From NCBI GenBank assembly GCA_038279365.1, contig JAYODI010000011.1:57346-94038 (forward strand): a stretch of DNA of 36,693 bases, in the 5' to 3' direction. This stretch comes from Candidatus Latescibacterota bacterium. GTDB lineage: Bacteria; Latescibacterota; UBA2968. The notes beneath the pieces were generated by a model, which saw only the letters and a list, made by a program, of their open reading frames with translations, was not told where the DNA came from and searched no databases. Both the position numbers and the translations under genes were made by a program. Positions 18,573 through 28,420 of the stretch are shown here, piece after piece (position 1 is the stretch's first letter; every line of letters starts with the position of its first letter).

Positions 18573-19400
18573 TTACCAGCGTCGATACCCACGCACAGCA
18601 TCCAATGTCTCATCATCGGCCTGAAATGGAATGGCAGGTGATGTGGGCAGGTCGATTTGCAAATGTTTAAACGGTGTTTGGCCAACCAACATGTTATAAG
18701 CCATTATCATCAACACTTCCAAATTGATCACATCTTCGGTATTGTACGCCAAAAGGGTTTCTAACGCGCGTGCATTACCGCGTTTGGTGTAGTCTGCCCA
18801 CAGCAAAACCGCCGTATATCCATCCACATCCTTAAGCCCACCACGATCCATTCCCAACTGCCGTTCACAAGACTTCAGCCCCCCTTTATAGCCCAAACTG
18901 CGCAACACATATCGCAAATCAATATGGGCCTGTTGCATCGGTGTGCGCAAATAGCGCCGAATAAAAGGCAAGTCGAAAGTCTTTCCATTGTACGTCACCA
19001 ACAATTCAAACCGTCTTGCATCGTAGCAAAAATCCCTTAAATTGTCCCCCTGCACATACGAGTGAATCTCGCGCCCATCATAAACCACCATGGTCGTAAT
19101 CGAATCGCTATTTCCTAAACCCGTCGTTTCAATATCCAAATACCCCACACGATCACGAAACGCCGGAAACATGCGCCACAACTGATTTGTGGGCAACGAA
19201 TGGTAAAAATACAACGGATTCTGACGCTCAAAATGCGTCAACGACACTTCCGCTCCCTGGCGCACCGCATCGGCCAGAGCCCCACCAAATGGCAAATGGC
19301 CCCCCAACACACTTTCCCACGAATCAAACCCAGCCTCCCACAACAGTTGTTCGCCTTTTTCACTCACACCTTTGATATGACAAAATGTATTTTTTAACAT
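18573..19400 (-). CDS. YprB-like RNase H-fold exonuclease
   Basis: YLDIETTGL, VTYNGKTFDLPFI, HIDL, GGLK..E, YN.EDV; ATG 19400 (GTG 19403 alternative). Confidence 0.88.
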   Translation of the reverse strand: MLKNTFCHIKGVSEKGEQLLWEAGFDSWESVLGGHLPFGGALADAVRQGAEVSLTHFERQNPLYFYHSLPTNQLWRMFPAFRDRVGYLDIETTGLGNSDSITTMVVYDGREIHSYVQGDNLRDFCYDARRFELLVTYNGKTFDLPFIRRYLRTPMQQAHIDLRYVLRSLGYKGGLKSCERQLGMDRGGLKDVDGYTAVLLWADYTKRGNARALETLLAYNTEDVINLEVLMIMAYNMLVGQTPFKHLQIDLPTSPAIPFQADDETLDAVRGYRRW

Positions 19401-19575
19401 CACAAAAGCCTATCGTTTAAATGATCATATGTTGAATATTTCAATATAGTTCAAAAAAAACGACAATGAAAGCATCAAGGCCATCAACACCCCTTTTTCT
19501 TCTCCCTTTTTTCTTTTTTCTATTTCCTTATATTGAATACCATATTTCATTGATCGTTCAACAAAGGAACCCAAT

Positions 19576-19980
19576 ATGTCAGACGATAAAATCACCAAAA
19601 CCGAAGAAGAATGGCGCAAACAACTCACGCCCGAGCAATATTATGTCACCCGACAAAAAGGCACCGAACGTGCGTTTACAGGCATGTATTGGGACAACCA
19701 TGAAGAAGGCGTTTACCGTTGCCAATGCTGTAAAACCGAACTCTTTCGCTCCGATCAAAAATTTGACTCGGGCTGTGGTTGGCCCAGCTTTTACGACGCC
19801 ATTGATGAAGATCGCATCACCCAAACCATCGACCTCAGCCACGGCATGCGCCGCATCGAAGTCACCTGCTCCAAATGTGATGCCCACCTTGGCCACATCT
19901 TCGACGATGGCCCCGCACCCACAGGCTTACGCTATTGCATCAACTCCGTCTCCATCGACTTGGATCGCAATACAAAATAA
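19576..19980 (+). CDS. msrB: Peptide-methionine (R)-S-oxide reductase
   Basis: GTERAF, two CxxC Zn motifs, GCGWPSF, HLGHIF.DGP, RYCINS. Confidence 0.97.
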   Translation: MSDDKITKTEEEWRKQLTPEQYYVTRQKGTERAFTGMYWDNHEEGVYRCQCCKTELFRSDQKFDSGCGWPSFYDAIDEDRITQTIDLSHGMRRIEVTCSKCDAHLGHIFDDGPAPTGLRYCINSVSIDLDRNTK

Positions 19981-19991
19981 CAGGAACAAAC

Positions 19992-20885
19992 ATGACTCTC
20001 CGCGGCATCTACCCCATTCTCGCCACATGTTTTCACCCCAATGGCGAGATAGATTACAACAGTCAAAAAAACCTCATCAACTTCTGCATCGAAAGCGGTG
20101 TGCATGGCTTGGTCACACTGGCCAATGCTTCAGAAGGTCACCTCTTATCTGACACCGAAAAACGCGACCTGCTCACCTTCAACATCGAAACCATCAACAA
20201 CCGTGTGCCAGTCATCGCCACGGTCAACCACCCTGCATCCAAAGTCGCCTCAGAATTTGCCGCCTTTGCCCAATCACAAGGTGCAAGTGCCGTCATGGCC
20301 ATGCCACCCTTCTTTGGCCGTTGGCGCAGTGGTCCCGGTGAAATCTTGCCCTACTTTCAAACCATCAACGACGCCATCACCATCCCCATTGTTTTGCAAG
20401 ACCACGTCTTATCCGACATTCCACTCACCGTCGGTTTTCTCGCTGACATGGCCAAACAATTGGATCGTCTGCGTTATTTCAAACTTGAAGCAGGCAACAT
20501 CATCCACAAATCGCGCAAGCTTATAGAAGCCTCCGCACAAACCATAGACGGTGTATTTGGCGGCAACAGCGGCATCTTTTTACCAGAAGAACACCAAGCC
20601 GGTTGTTGTGGGGCCATGCCAGCCTGTTACATGCCCGACATCTTTCGCAAAACCTGGGATCTGCTCGAAGCAGGGCAAATGGACAATGCCGTGAATTTCT
20701 TCACCCCTTACTCACGCTTAGCCGCCTACGAAAATGCCAATGCCAATCGGTGTGTCTGGAAAGAGATCCTCGTGCAACGTGGCATCATCGCCACAAACAC
20801 GGTGCGCGAACCCCGACCAGGATTTGCCGATGAATGGCAACTCAATCAACTCATAGAAGTTGCAAAAAGAGCAGAGCTGATTTGA
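19992..20885 (+). CDS. DHDPS/NAL-superfamily protein, 2-keto-3-deoxy sugar-acid dehydratase/aldolase-like
   Basis: GIYPIL.T.F...G.ID, LANASE in place of GTTGE, LQD, YFKLE Schiff-base Lys; ATG 19992 after AGGA. Confidence 0.85.
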   Translation: MTLRGIYPILATCFHPNGEIDYNSQKNLINFCIESGVHGLVTLANASEGHLLSDTEKRDLLTFNIETINNRVPVIATVNHPASKVASEFAAFAQSQGASAVMAMPPFFGRWRSGPGEILPYFQTINDAITIPIVLQDHVLSDIPLTVGFLADMAKQLDRLRYFKLEAGNIIHKSRKLIEASAQTIDGVFGGNSGIFLPEEHQAGCCGAMPACYMPDIFRKTWDLLEAGQMDNAVNFFTPYSRLAAYENANANRCVWKEILVQRGIIATNTVREPRPGFADEWQLNQLIEVAKRAELI

Positions 20886-20936
20886 TGGAAACCGTTTAAA
20901 CAAATCCTCAATGATATGATCAAGCCTTTGATCTTG

Positions 20937-20982
20937 AGTCCGAAGGACTTCTCCTATATAGCCCCGGAATTTATTTCGGGGC
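20937..20982 (+). repeat. REP-like palindromic element, copy 1
   Basis: AGTCCGAAGGAC-N9-ATAGCCCCGGAATTTATTTCGGGGC; related inverted copy at 34904-34948. Confidence 0.7.
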
Positions 20983-21006
20983 GACTTCAAATTTTAAGGA
21001 TTTTCC

Positions 21007-22176
21007 ATGCACATCACCCAAGTAGACATCTACATCTACAAACTCGACCAGCACTATCAATTGCGTGGCGTAGAAGAAACACCCGGATTGTTGCCCGGAA
21101 CCGATTACTACTTTGAGCCCCATTGGCGACAAGCCTATAGCCAAAAAGTAGAATCGTGTTTGCTCAAACTCACAACAAACACGGGCCTGGTCGGCTGGGG
21201 CGAAGCACAGGCCCCCATCTTGCCAGAAACCGCCGCCTCCATTATCAAAAACCTCATCGGTCCCTTTTTATTGGGCAAAGATCCACTGCGACGCACCTGG
21301 ATCTACGACCAACTCTATCACATCAACAACATACGCGGTCACGGCACGGGTTTCATGCTCGACGCCATTGCCGCCGCAGACATTGCCCTATGGGATTTGG
21401 CGGGCAAACACTATGGCTCACCCATCTGCGAACTCATGGGTGGCCCCTTCACAACAGAGCTCACCGCCTACATCTCTGGCTTGCGCCAACCCACCCTCAA
21501 AGAACAATGCCAAGCCGCCAGTCAATACATGGCCGAAGGGTATGCGGGCATCAAACTCTTTCCGGGTGACAACATCGAAAACACCATTCGCGAAGTGCGC
21601 AAAGCGGCTGGTCCCCAAGCACGCCTCTACTGTGACCTCCTTTGGCGCTGTCGACTCGATGAAGCCTTGCGCTTAGGCCGATTACTCGATGCCGAAAGAT
21701 ACGAATTCTTCGAAGCCCCCTTACCCCCAGAAGATATCGCAGGCCATCAAAAACTCGTACAAGCACTCGACATCCCCATTGCCATTGGCGAACCCTTACG
21801 CACCGTTTACGAATTTCAATCCTGGTTTGACCATGCCGCACTCGGTGTGGCCCAACCCGATGTGGTGCGCACAGGCCTCACATCGGCGCTCAAAATTTCG
21901 GCCTTAGCCGAAGCACGACGCATTCCCGTAGCACCACATGTGGGCGTCTGTACAGGCATTGGCATGGCCGCCACCTGGCAATTGGCCGCAGCCGTACCCA
22001 ACTTTCTCATTCAAGAATTTCAATTTGAACTGGCCAAACGGGCAAACACCATTCTCAAAACACCTCTCGAATGGCAAAATGGCAAACTCATTGTCCCCAT
22101 GCGACCTGGCATTGGCGTCGAAATTGATGAAACCGCCCTTACCAATGTCATTGCAGAAAAATGGACGATCAAATAG
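21007..22176 (+). CDS. Mandelate racemase/muconate lactonising enzyme family (enolase superfamily), probable sugar-acid dehydratase
   Basis: G.VGWGE, AIAA.DIALWDL.GK, metal ligands D/E/E (YCD, FEAP, IGE), APH, PGIGVEID. Confidence 0.9.
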   Translation: MHITQVDIYIYKLDQHYQLRGVEETPGLLPGTDYYFEPHWRQAYSQKVESCLLKLTTNTGLVGWGEAQAPILPETAASIIKNLIGPFLLGKDPLRRTWIYDQLYHINNIRGHGTGFMLDAIAAADIALWDLAGKHYGSPICELMGGPFTTELTAYISGLRQPTLKEQCQAASQYMAEGYAGIKLFPGDNIENTIREVRKAAGPQARLYCDLLWRCRLDEALRLGRLLDAERYEFFEAPLPPEDIAGHQKLVQALDIPIAIGEPLRTVYEFQSWFDHAALGVAQPDVVRTGLTSALKISALAEARRIPVAPHVGVCTGIGMAATWQLAAAVPNFLIQEFQFELAKRANTILKTPLEWQNGKLIVPMRPGIGVEIDETALTNVIAEKWTIK

Positions 22177-22220
22177 GGTCCTCGACCAAAGAATGTGTCT
22201 CAACACACTGAGGAGAAATT

Positions 22221-23057
22221 GTGGTTTATTTTGCACATTGCGTTTTCCGCAAATCACTTAAAAAGAATTTTAAAACATACATTCTCGGCATCTTTTTATT
22301 ATGCCTATGCGCTTCCACATCAAATGCCCAAGTCAACATCGAACAATATCGCACCAGCAATGGTGTATCGGGTAACATTGGCCTTTCTTTAGGGGGGGCC
22401 AGTGGCAACTCCGACTTTTTCACAGGGGGCGGAGCAGCCAATGTCACCATTGCAAAACCCACTTATACCGTGCTCCTTTTAGGTGATGGTCTGCTCGGTT
22501 TTCGCGAGGGTGAAACCTTTTCCAATCAAGGCCTGGCACACGTCAGATACACCTGGACCAAACCCCCTCGGTTTCAACCCGAAGCATTTACCCAAGCCGA
22601 CTATGCCCGCCCACGCGAACTCACCTTTCGATATTTATTAGGCAGTGGCATTCGCACCTTATTGTTTGAAGACAAAACCTTTACGTTAACTTTGGGCAAT
22701 GGTTTTATGTTTGAACACGAACGTCTCAACGTTCTTTTAGGAGATCCACATCCTGCACGCACATCTGTCATTCGCGCCAACAACTATGCCAATATTCAAA
22801 TACGCAAAAAAGCCACCATCACCATCACGGCCTATTATCAATTTATACCCAACAACACCAAAGATTTTCGCCTCTTACTCAACACACAAATAGCAAGTCG
22901 AGTTGCGGGCCCTCTCCAGCAAGTCACCACCATTCGATATCGCAGAGACAGCCGCCCGCCCCTCACCGTAAAGAAAAACGACTTCACCATAGGCACCAGT
23001 TTTGCCCTTTCATTTGGTGACAAAAAGAAAAAAACAGAAGACACATCCAAAAAATAA
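22221..23057 (+). CDS. DUF481-like outer-membrane beta-barrel protein
   Basis: GAGGAG RBS; signal peptide ending SNA then QVNIE; GNSD, H.RY, R.L.G.G.R, alternating beta pattern, Y..DSRPP. Confidence 0.75.
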   Translation: MVYFAHCVFRKSLKKNFKTYILGIFLLCLCASTSNAQVNIEQYRTSNGVSGNIGLSLGGASGNSDFFTGGGAANVTIAKPTYTVLLLGDGLLGFREGETFSNQGLAHVRYTWTKPPRFQPEAFTQADYARPRELTFRYLLGSGIRTLLFEDKTFTLTLGNGFMFEHERLNVLLGDPHPARTSVIRANNYANIQIRKKATITITAYYQFIPNNTKDFRLLLNTQIASRVAGPLQQVTTIRYRRDSRPPLTVKKNDFTIGTSFALSFGDKKKKTEDTSKK

Positions 23058-23078
23058 TGCTTCAAAAAGGAGTCTCAC

Positions 23079-24065
23079 TTGGCAGAATTTCCATCACCCA
23101 ATCGTTATGACACCATGGTCTACAACCGATGTGGCAACAGCGGCATCAAACTCCCCACCATTTCACTGGGCCTATGGCACAACTTCGGCGGTGTCGATGT
23201 GTATGAAACAGGTCGCGCTACAGTGCGCAAGGCCTTTGACTTGGGCGTCACCCACTTTGACCTGGCCAACAACTATGGCCCACCGCCGGGTTCTGCCGAA
23301 GAAACCTTTGGGCGCATACTCAAAAGCGACCTGCAAGCTTATCGAGATGAACTCATCATCTCGACCAAAGCAGGTTATGGGATGTGGAAAGGCCCCTATG
23401 GTGATTTTGGTTCTCGAAAATATCTTGTAGCCAGCCTCGACCAAAGCCTCAAACGCATGGGATTAGATTATGTAGACATCTTCTATCACCATCGCCCAGA
23501 CCCAGAAACACCGCTTGAAGAAACCATGGGTGCACTCGATCACATCGTGCGCTCAGGCAAAGCACTCTACGCCGCCATCTCAAACTATCCCCCCGATCGC
23601 GTGCGAGATGCAGCCAAAATTTTGCGCGACTTAGGAACCCCCTGTCTCATTCACCAACCATCATATAACATGTTCAATCGCCGTGTAGAAGAGGGCCTCC
23701 TTGAAACCCTCGAAGATGAAGGCATCGGTTGCATCGTCTTTTCACCTCTTGCGCAAGGTATGCTCACAGACAAATACCTAAAAGGCATTCCCAGCGATTC
23801 GCGCGCAGCCAAATCACACAGCTTTCTCAAACCCGAGCGCATCACAGAAGAAAACCTGACCAAAATTCAAAAACTCAACGCCCTTGCCCAAGAACGGGGT
23901 CAATCATTGGCCCAAATGGCCATTGCGTGGGTTTTGCGTCACAACGCCGTCACCACAGCACTCGTCGGTGCCAGCCGCCCAGAACAAATTGAAAACAGCG
24001 TCGGCGTCATCAACAACCTCACATTCTCAGACGATGAACTCGATCAAATTGAAAATATTCTATAA
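23079..24065 (+). CDS. gpr: Aldo-keto reductase, L-glyceraldehyde 3-phosphate reductase (YghZ/Gpr type)
   Basis: CG.SG.KLP.ISLGLWHNFG, THFDLANNYGPPPGSAEE, STKAGY.MW.GPYG, YVDIFYHHRPD; TTG start after AGGAG. Confidence 0.9.
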   Translation: MAEFPSPNRYDTMVYNRCGNSGIKLPTISLGLWHNFGGVDVYETGRATVRKAFDLGVTHFDLANNYGPPPGSAEETFGRILKSDLQAYRDELIISTKAGYGMWKGPYGDFGSRKYLVASLDQSLKRMGLDYVDIFYHHRPDPETPLEETMGALDHIVRSGKALYAAISNYPPDRVRDAAKILRDLGTPCLIHQPSYNMFNRRVEEGLLETLEDEGIGCIVFSPLAQGMLTDKYLKGIPSDSRAAKSHSFLKPERITEENLTKIQKLNALAQERGQSLAQMAIAWVLRHNAVTTALVGASRPEQIENSVGVINNLTFSDDELDQIENIL

Positions 24066-24069
24066 CCCA

Positions 24070-24201
24070 GTGAAACGGCAAATGTGAAACGCCAAACGTG
24101 AAATGCCAAATTTAAAACCTTTAAAATCCATAAAATCTATCACACAATCAAATCACACGATTGATTCGTTTGCCATTTGCCGTTTGCCGTTTGCTGTCCG
24201 C
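24070..24201. repeat. Two heptamer arrays in opposite orientation
   Basis: GTGAAAC/GGCAAAT/GTGAAAC/GCCAAAC/GTGAAAT/GCCAAAT (24070-24111) and CGTTTGC/CATTTGC/CGTTTGC/CGTTTGC (24167-24194). Confidence 0.8.
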
Positions 24202-24235
24202 ATTTTTAATTTCCCCATATCAAAGGATTTCCCCC

Positions 24236-24949
24236 ATGCTTACATCCGAACAAATTGTTCACTACAACGAACACGGTTACGTCATCGCACCCCAAACATT
24301 TGACACAAACACCATTGATACAATGCGCAAACACTATATGGCATTGCGTGCAGAAGGTGAAAAACCCGGTGACTTTGGTGGCACAAAAGACAAAGCTGAT
24401 GACGCCAACCATCAGTACCCACGCATGATTCAAATGCACAAATGGGATGATCCATCCAAACAATGGTCATCCCATCCAAAAATTTTAGACGCCGTAGAAG
24501 CACTCATCAATGACGAACCAGTGCTCAACCAAACCATGCTCTATTTCAAACCCCCTCATTCACGCGGGCAAGGCTTACACCAAGACGCACAATACATTAC
24601 CCTTGATCCCCTCATAGGTGTTTGGATACCATTAGACGTCTCCGATCATGAAGTCGGTCAAATGGTTGTTGTACCAGGCTCACATCATTTCGGCCTCTAT
24701 CATGTCGAAAAAGCCGATACCGACGTTTCATTTACCAATGTACAAACCGTCTTGCCACAAAATGCCAACATCGTAGGCCTCGACATGAACCCAGGTGATG
24801 CACTCTTTTTTCATGGGCGCATCATTCACGGATCGTATGCCAACATCACAGCAGATCGTTGGCGTCGCACATTCATTTGTCATTACGTAGGCAAACACGC
24901 CCAAAAATTTGAACCCCAACAAGGCACGCACGTTTCACACATTAATTAA
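24236..24949 (+). CDS. PhyH-family Fe(II)/2OG dioxygenase
   Basis: MLTSEQ..Y...GY, YFKPP..RGQ.LHQD, VPGSH, PGD.LFFHG..IHGS..N....WRR; ATG 24236 after AAGGA. Confidence 0.9.
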   Translation: MLTSEQIVHYNEHGYVIAPQTFDTNTIDTMRKHYMALRAEGEKPGDFGGTKDKADDANHQYPRMIQMHKWDDPSKQWSSHPKILDAVEALINDEPVLNQTMLYFKPPHSRGQGLHQDAQYITLDPLIGVWIPLDVSDHEVGQMVVVPGSHHFGLYHVEKADTDVSFTNVQTVLPQNANIVGLDMNPGDALFFHGRIIHGSYANITADRWRRTFICHYVGKHAQKFEPQQGTHVSHIN

Positions 24950-24955
24950 TCGACC

Positions 24956-26983
24956 GTGATATTTTTATCTAAAACACTAAGCACTAAGCGATTCTTTGCC
25001 ATAACAATGGTGGTTTATATATTCACAACCCTCATTGCTTTTGGCAGTTTGTCACAGCATCTGTTTGAGTTAGATGACCTGGCCTATTTAATAGACCTCA
25101 CACAAATACGCCAAGACCCAAGTGCCATCCTATCAACCGATCGCCACCTACCCGGTCGCCCAGTGACCGATCTTGCACTTTTAGGTGTGCAAATTATCTT
25201 TGATAATAACGCAGCGGCCTTTCATATTGCCCTCATACTTTGTCATCTCATCACCACGCTGTTGCTCACCCTCACATTTACCAAAACAGGTCTCAGCCAA
25301 GAACTCAGCTTTTTAGGTGGTTTCTTTTTTCTCATCAACCTCGCACACTTTCGAGCCATACACTGGATTTCTTGCTTGGCCTACCCCCTCGCACTCAGCT
25401 TGGGGTGTATCGGCATCTTAGCCTATATCGCTTATCAAGAAAAAACGCGACCAACTTGGGTTGCTGTCAGCGTGTGTGGGTTTGTGCTCGCCCTTCTTGC
25501 ACACCCAGCAGCCATCGTATTTCCTGTCTTTCTTACCTATCTTGCTTGGCAAAAAAAACAACCGATACGTCCCATCCTCATCACCCTCGCCCTTGCCATT
25601 CTCGCACTCATAAGCCTTCTCAAACGTTTTCCTCAAGTGCCCCAAGCAGAACACGCCACAGCCGTTCTCCAATGGCAAATCATCAACTTTATGCAACATG
25701 GGTTTTGGTACTTGGGGCGTTTATGGACCTCAACATTTACCGTGTTCCCCAAAATGAGCGACATCCAAACCACAGATTTAGCCATGGGCATCTTGGCTTT
25801 TATGGGTGTGATTTTGCTTTATTACCGTCGCATTTTCCCCATTGCACATTGGGGCATTTGGATGCTCTTAACCCTTGCCGCATTTATCACCAACCCCAAC
25901 CAAACCCATTTTGAAAGTGGTCCTTCACGCCACCTCTATTTCGCTTCTGCAGGCAGTGCCATTCTATTGGCCTACCTCTGTCAACAACTTAGCCTTCAAA
26001 TATCACGTATCAAACCTCACGCTTGGTTATCCAAAACCTGCCTTGCACTCTTCATCACAATCATCACAACTTTAAGCCTCATCGGCCTTAAAAAATCCGA
26101 ATCATTCACCTATGCCATCTCTGCACGAACCTACTTGGTCAACAACAAAAAAGAAACAGCCACCGAATTGTTTCAAAGCGCCGTTTCACAAGCACCCGAA
26201 TTGGTCTCCAGTGCCATGTACGAAAGATTCCTCATTGCCACCTTGGCCGAAGGAAACTTTCTGAATAACAGCTTGCTTCAAGGCATTGCCCATTATCCAA
26301 ACAACACCATCCTGATTGCAGTGCGCATGATTTACGGTTTTCAAAGTGACACAGTTAACCCCGAACATCTCACAGAACGCATTGTAGCATTTACGCAAGA
26401 TAAAACACCAACGGACCAAGAATTTATTGCCATATCGCTTTTTAATTTGGGACTTTTTAATATGGCAAAAAAACAAGATCGCATTGCAGAAATCCTATTT
26501 CAAGGTGCACTCAAATTAAATATTGGGTATCCCGAAGCCGCAGTTTATCTCAGCCAAATGTATATCAAACAAAACAAAATAGAAGAAGCCCGCCAACTTT
26601 TGCTCTTCGCCATTGAAAAACACCCCACACACATCGGTGTACTTCAAAATATGGCAAGCCTCTATTATCGCGAAAAAAATCTGGACCAAGCCGCCTATTA
26701 CTACAAACGCATTCTTGCCCAAGAGCCTCTTTTAACAGATATCCTCTTTAAACTCGGCTACATTTACATGTTTCAAAAAGAATATGCACAAGCACGCCCA
26801 CTCTTTGAAACCCTCACCCAACAAGTACCCAACAGCTGGCAAAACTTTGCTTATTTGGGTCAATGCTTACATGCCGAAGGCAACACAATAGGTGCCATCA
26901 AAGCCTACAAACAGGCACTCAAATTAAACCCCGACCAACCCGAGTTAAAAATGTTACTCCAACAACTCTTTACCACCCAGTAG
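24956..26983 (+). CDS. Polytopic membrane protein with C-terminal TPRs (TMTC-like, possible GT-C glycosyltransferase)
   Basis: Loop-1 DD motif (ELDD), RP, about 10 TM helices, RHLYF, several TPRs ending AIKAYKQALKLNP. Confidence 0.75.
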   Translation: MIFLSKTLSTKRFFAITMVVYIFTTLIAFGSLSQHLFELDDLAYLIDLTQIRQDPSAILSTDRHLPGRPVTDLALLGVQIIFDNNAAAFHIALILCHLITTLLLTLTFTKTGLSQELSFLGGFFFLINLAHFRAIHWISCLAYPLALSLGCIGILAYIAYQEKTRPTWVAVSVCGFVLALLAHPAAIVFPVFLTYLAWQKKQPIRPILITLALAILALISLLKRFPQVPQAEHATAVLQWQIINFMQHGFWYLGRLWTSTFTVFPKMSDIQTTDLAMGILAFMGVILLYYRRIFPIAHWGIWMLLTLAAFITNPNQTHFESGPSRHLYFASAGSAILLAYLCQQLSLQISRIKPHAWLSKTCLALFITIITTLSLIGLKKSESFTYAISARTYLVNNKKETATELFQSAVSQAPELVSSAMYERFLIATLAEGNFLNNSLLQGIAHYPNNTILIAVRMIYGFQSDTVNPEHLTERIVAFTQDKTPTDQEFIAISLFNLGLFNMAKKQDRIAEILFQGALKLNIGYPEAAVYLSQMYIKQNKIEEARQLLLFAIEKHPTHIGVLQNMASLYYREKNLDQAAYYYKRILAQEPLLTDILFKLGYIYMFQKEYAQARPLFETLTQQVPNSWQNFAYLGQCLHAEGNTIGAIKAYKQALKLNPDQPELKMLLQQLFTTQ

Positions 26984-26991
26984 GCTCAAAA

Positions 26992-28356
26992 ATGCCCACA
27001 AAACAACCCAACATCATTTGGATACTCTCCGACCAACACCGTGCACAAGCCCTCAGTAGTGCAGGTGACCCCAACCTCCACACCCCCACCCTCGACCGCA
27101 TGATGGGCGCATCACGCTCAGCCATTGGTGGCAGTCCCGTTTGTTCACCTTTTCGCGGTTCATTGCTCACCAGCATCTATCCCCACCAATGCATACCCGG
27201 TCACGATGCCCCACTGCCTCAAGATGTGCCCACCATTGCACACGCCTTCAAAGACGCAGGCTATCACACCGCTTACTTTGGCAAATGGCACGTCGATGGC
27301 GCCATCCATCGCACACCCGATACAAGACCTGCTCATCATTTTGTCGCACCCGAACGGCGCGGTGGTTTTGATTGTTGGATCGGTTATGAAAACAACAATG
27401 CCCAATACGATTGTTACGTTCACGGGCACGATGCATCAGGCACGGAGATTGACCACTACAAACTGCCCACTTACGAAACAGACGACCTCACAGATCTCCT
27501 TATTGATCACCTCAAAAGCCAAACACCCGACCAACCCTTCTTTGCCGTATTGGCCGTACAACCGCCTCACTCACCCTACGTTGCACCTGAAGCATTCACC
27601 CAACGACACAATCCAGACAACATCCAACTGCGCCCAAATGTGTCACTCGTCAACCGCATTCAAGAACGATCCAAAAAAGATCTCGCAGGTTATTACGCCA
27701 TGATCGAAAACCTCGATCACAACACCCAACGCGTCTTTGACACCCTCAAAACCACTCACCTTGCCGACAACACACACGTCATCTACTTCTCCGATCACGG
27801 TGACATGCACGGCTCTCAAGGTCGCATTCTCAAGTGCGCCCCTTGGGAAGAATCCATCCGCATCCCCTTTCTCATCTCAGATGGTCACGGCCAAGCCCTC
27901 CCACAAACCCAACCCACCACACCCGATCTCATCAATCACGTAGATATTGGCCCCACCACATTGGGCCTGTGTGGTATAGATGCACCCGCCACATTCCAAG
28001 GTGCCGATTATTCCGGTTACTTTGGCAGCAACAGCTCCATTCCCCAAATCGACTCCGCCTACTTGCAAATTGTCGATCCCGGTTATCTGTGTGGCTTCGC
28101 CTCCGACCGCGAACGCCCTTGGCGCGGCATAATCACACAAGACGGTTGGAAATATGCCATTCTCGAAGGCCAACCGTGGCTCATGTATAACCTCAACGAA
28201 GACCCCTACGAAACCGCCAACCTCGCCCTCGATGGCCAGTTTCGCAATCAACGCCAACACCTCCAAGACTGTCTCGCCGATTGGATCAACCGCACAAAAG
28301 ACACATTCAAATTGCCCGATATCACATGGATCAAAAGGAAATCGTCCACTGCTTAA
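26992..28356 (+). CDS. Formylglycine-dependent sulfatase (S1), no signal peptide
   Basis: PNIIWILSDQ, CSPFR (CxPxR), GKWH, PPH.PY, SDHG, YNL..DPYE. Confidence 0.92.
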   Translation: MPTKQPNIIWILSDQHRAQALSSAGDPNLHTPTLDRMMGASRSAIGGSPVCSPFRGSLLTSIYPHQCIPGHDAPLPQDVPTIAHAFKDAGYHTAYFGKWHVDGAIHRTPDTRPAHHFVAPERRGGFDCWIGYENNNAQYDCYVHGHDASGTEIDHYKLPTYETDDLTDLLIDHLKSQTPDQPFFAVLAVQPPHSPYVAPEAFTQRHNPDNIQLRPNVSLVNRIQERSKKDLAGYYAMIENLDHNTQRVFDTLKTTHLADNTHVIYFSDHGDMHGSQGRILKCAPWEESIRIPFLISDGHGQALPQTQPTTPDLINHVDIGPTTLGLCGIDAPATFQGADYSGYFGSNSSIPQIDSAYLQIVDPGYLCGFASDRERPWRGIITQDGWKYAILEGQPWLMYNLNEDPYETANLALDGQFRNQRQHLQDCLADWINRTKDTFKLPDITWIKRKSSTA

Positions 28357-28361
28357 ACAAA

Positions 28362-28395
28362 AAAATGCCCCGAATATCAAGCTTCGGGGCATTTT
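28362..28395. terminator. Bidirectional intrinsic terminator
   Basis: AAAATGCCCCGAA/TTCGGGGCATTTT between convergent genes. Confidence 0.85.
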
Positions 28396-28420
28396 CTTTT
28401 CTAAACGAAATTTCTGTATC

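Noticed and set aside
19466..20152. 228-aa ORF overlapping msrB
   Set aside because: Alternative frame of a clearly real gene.
1521..24201. Repeat arrays as possible CRISPR arrays
   Set aside because: Units are 7 nt in direct tandem with no unique spacers, and no cas genes are present.
24161..24235. N-terminal extension of the PhyH ORF
   Set aside because: Translates the heptamer repeat; ATG 24236 has an RBS and a family-typical start.
26863..26991. N-terminal extension of the sulfatase ORF
   Set aside because: Overlaps the TPR gene; ATG 26992 gives the typical xxPNI start.
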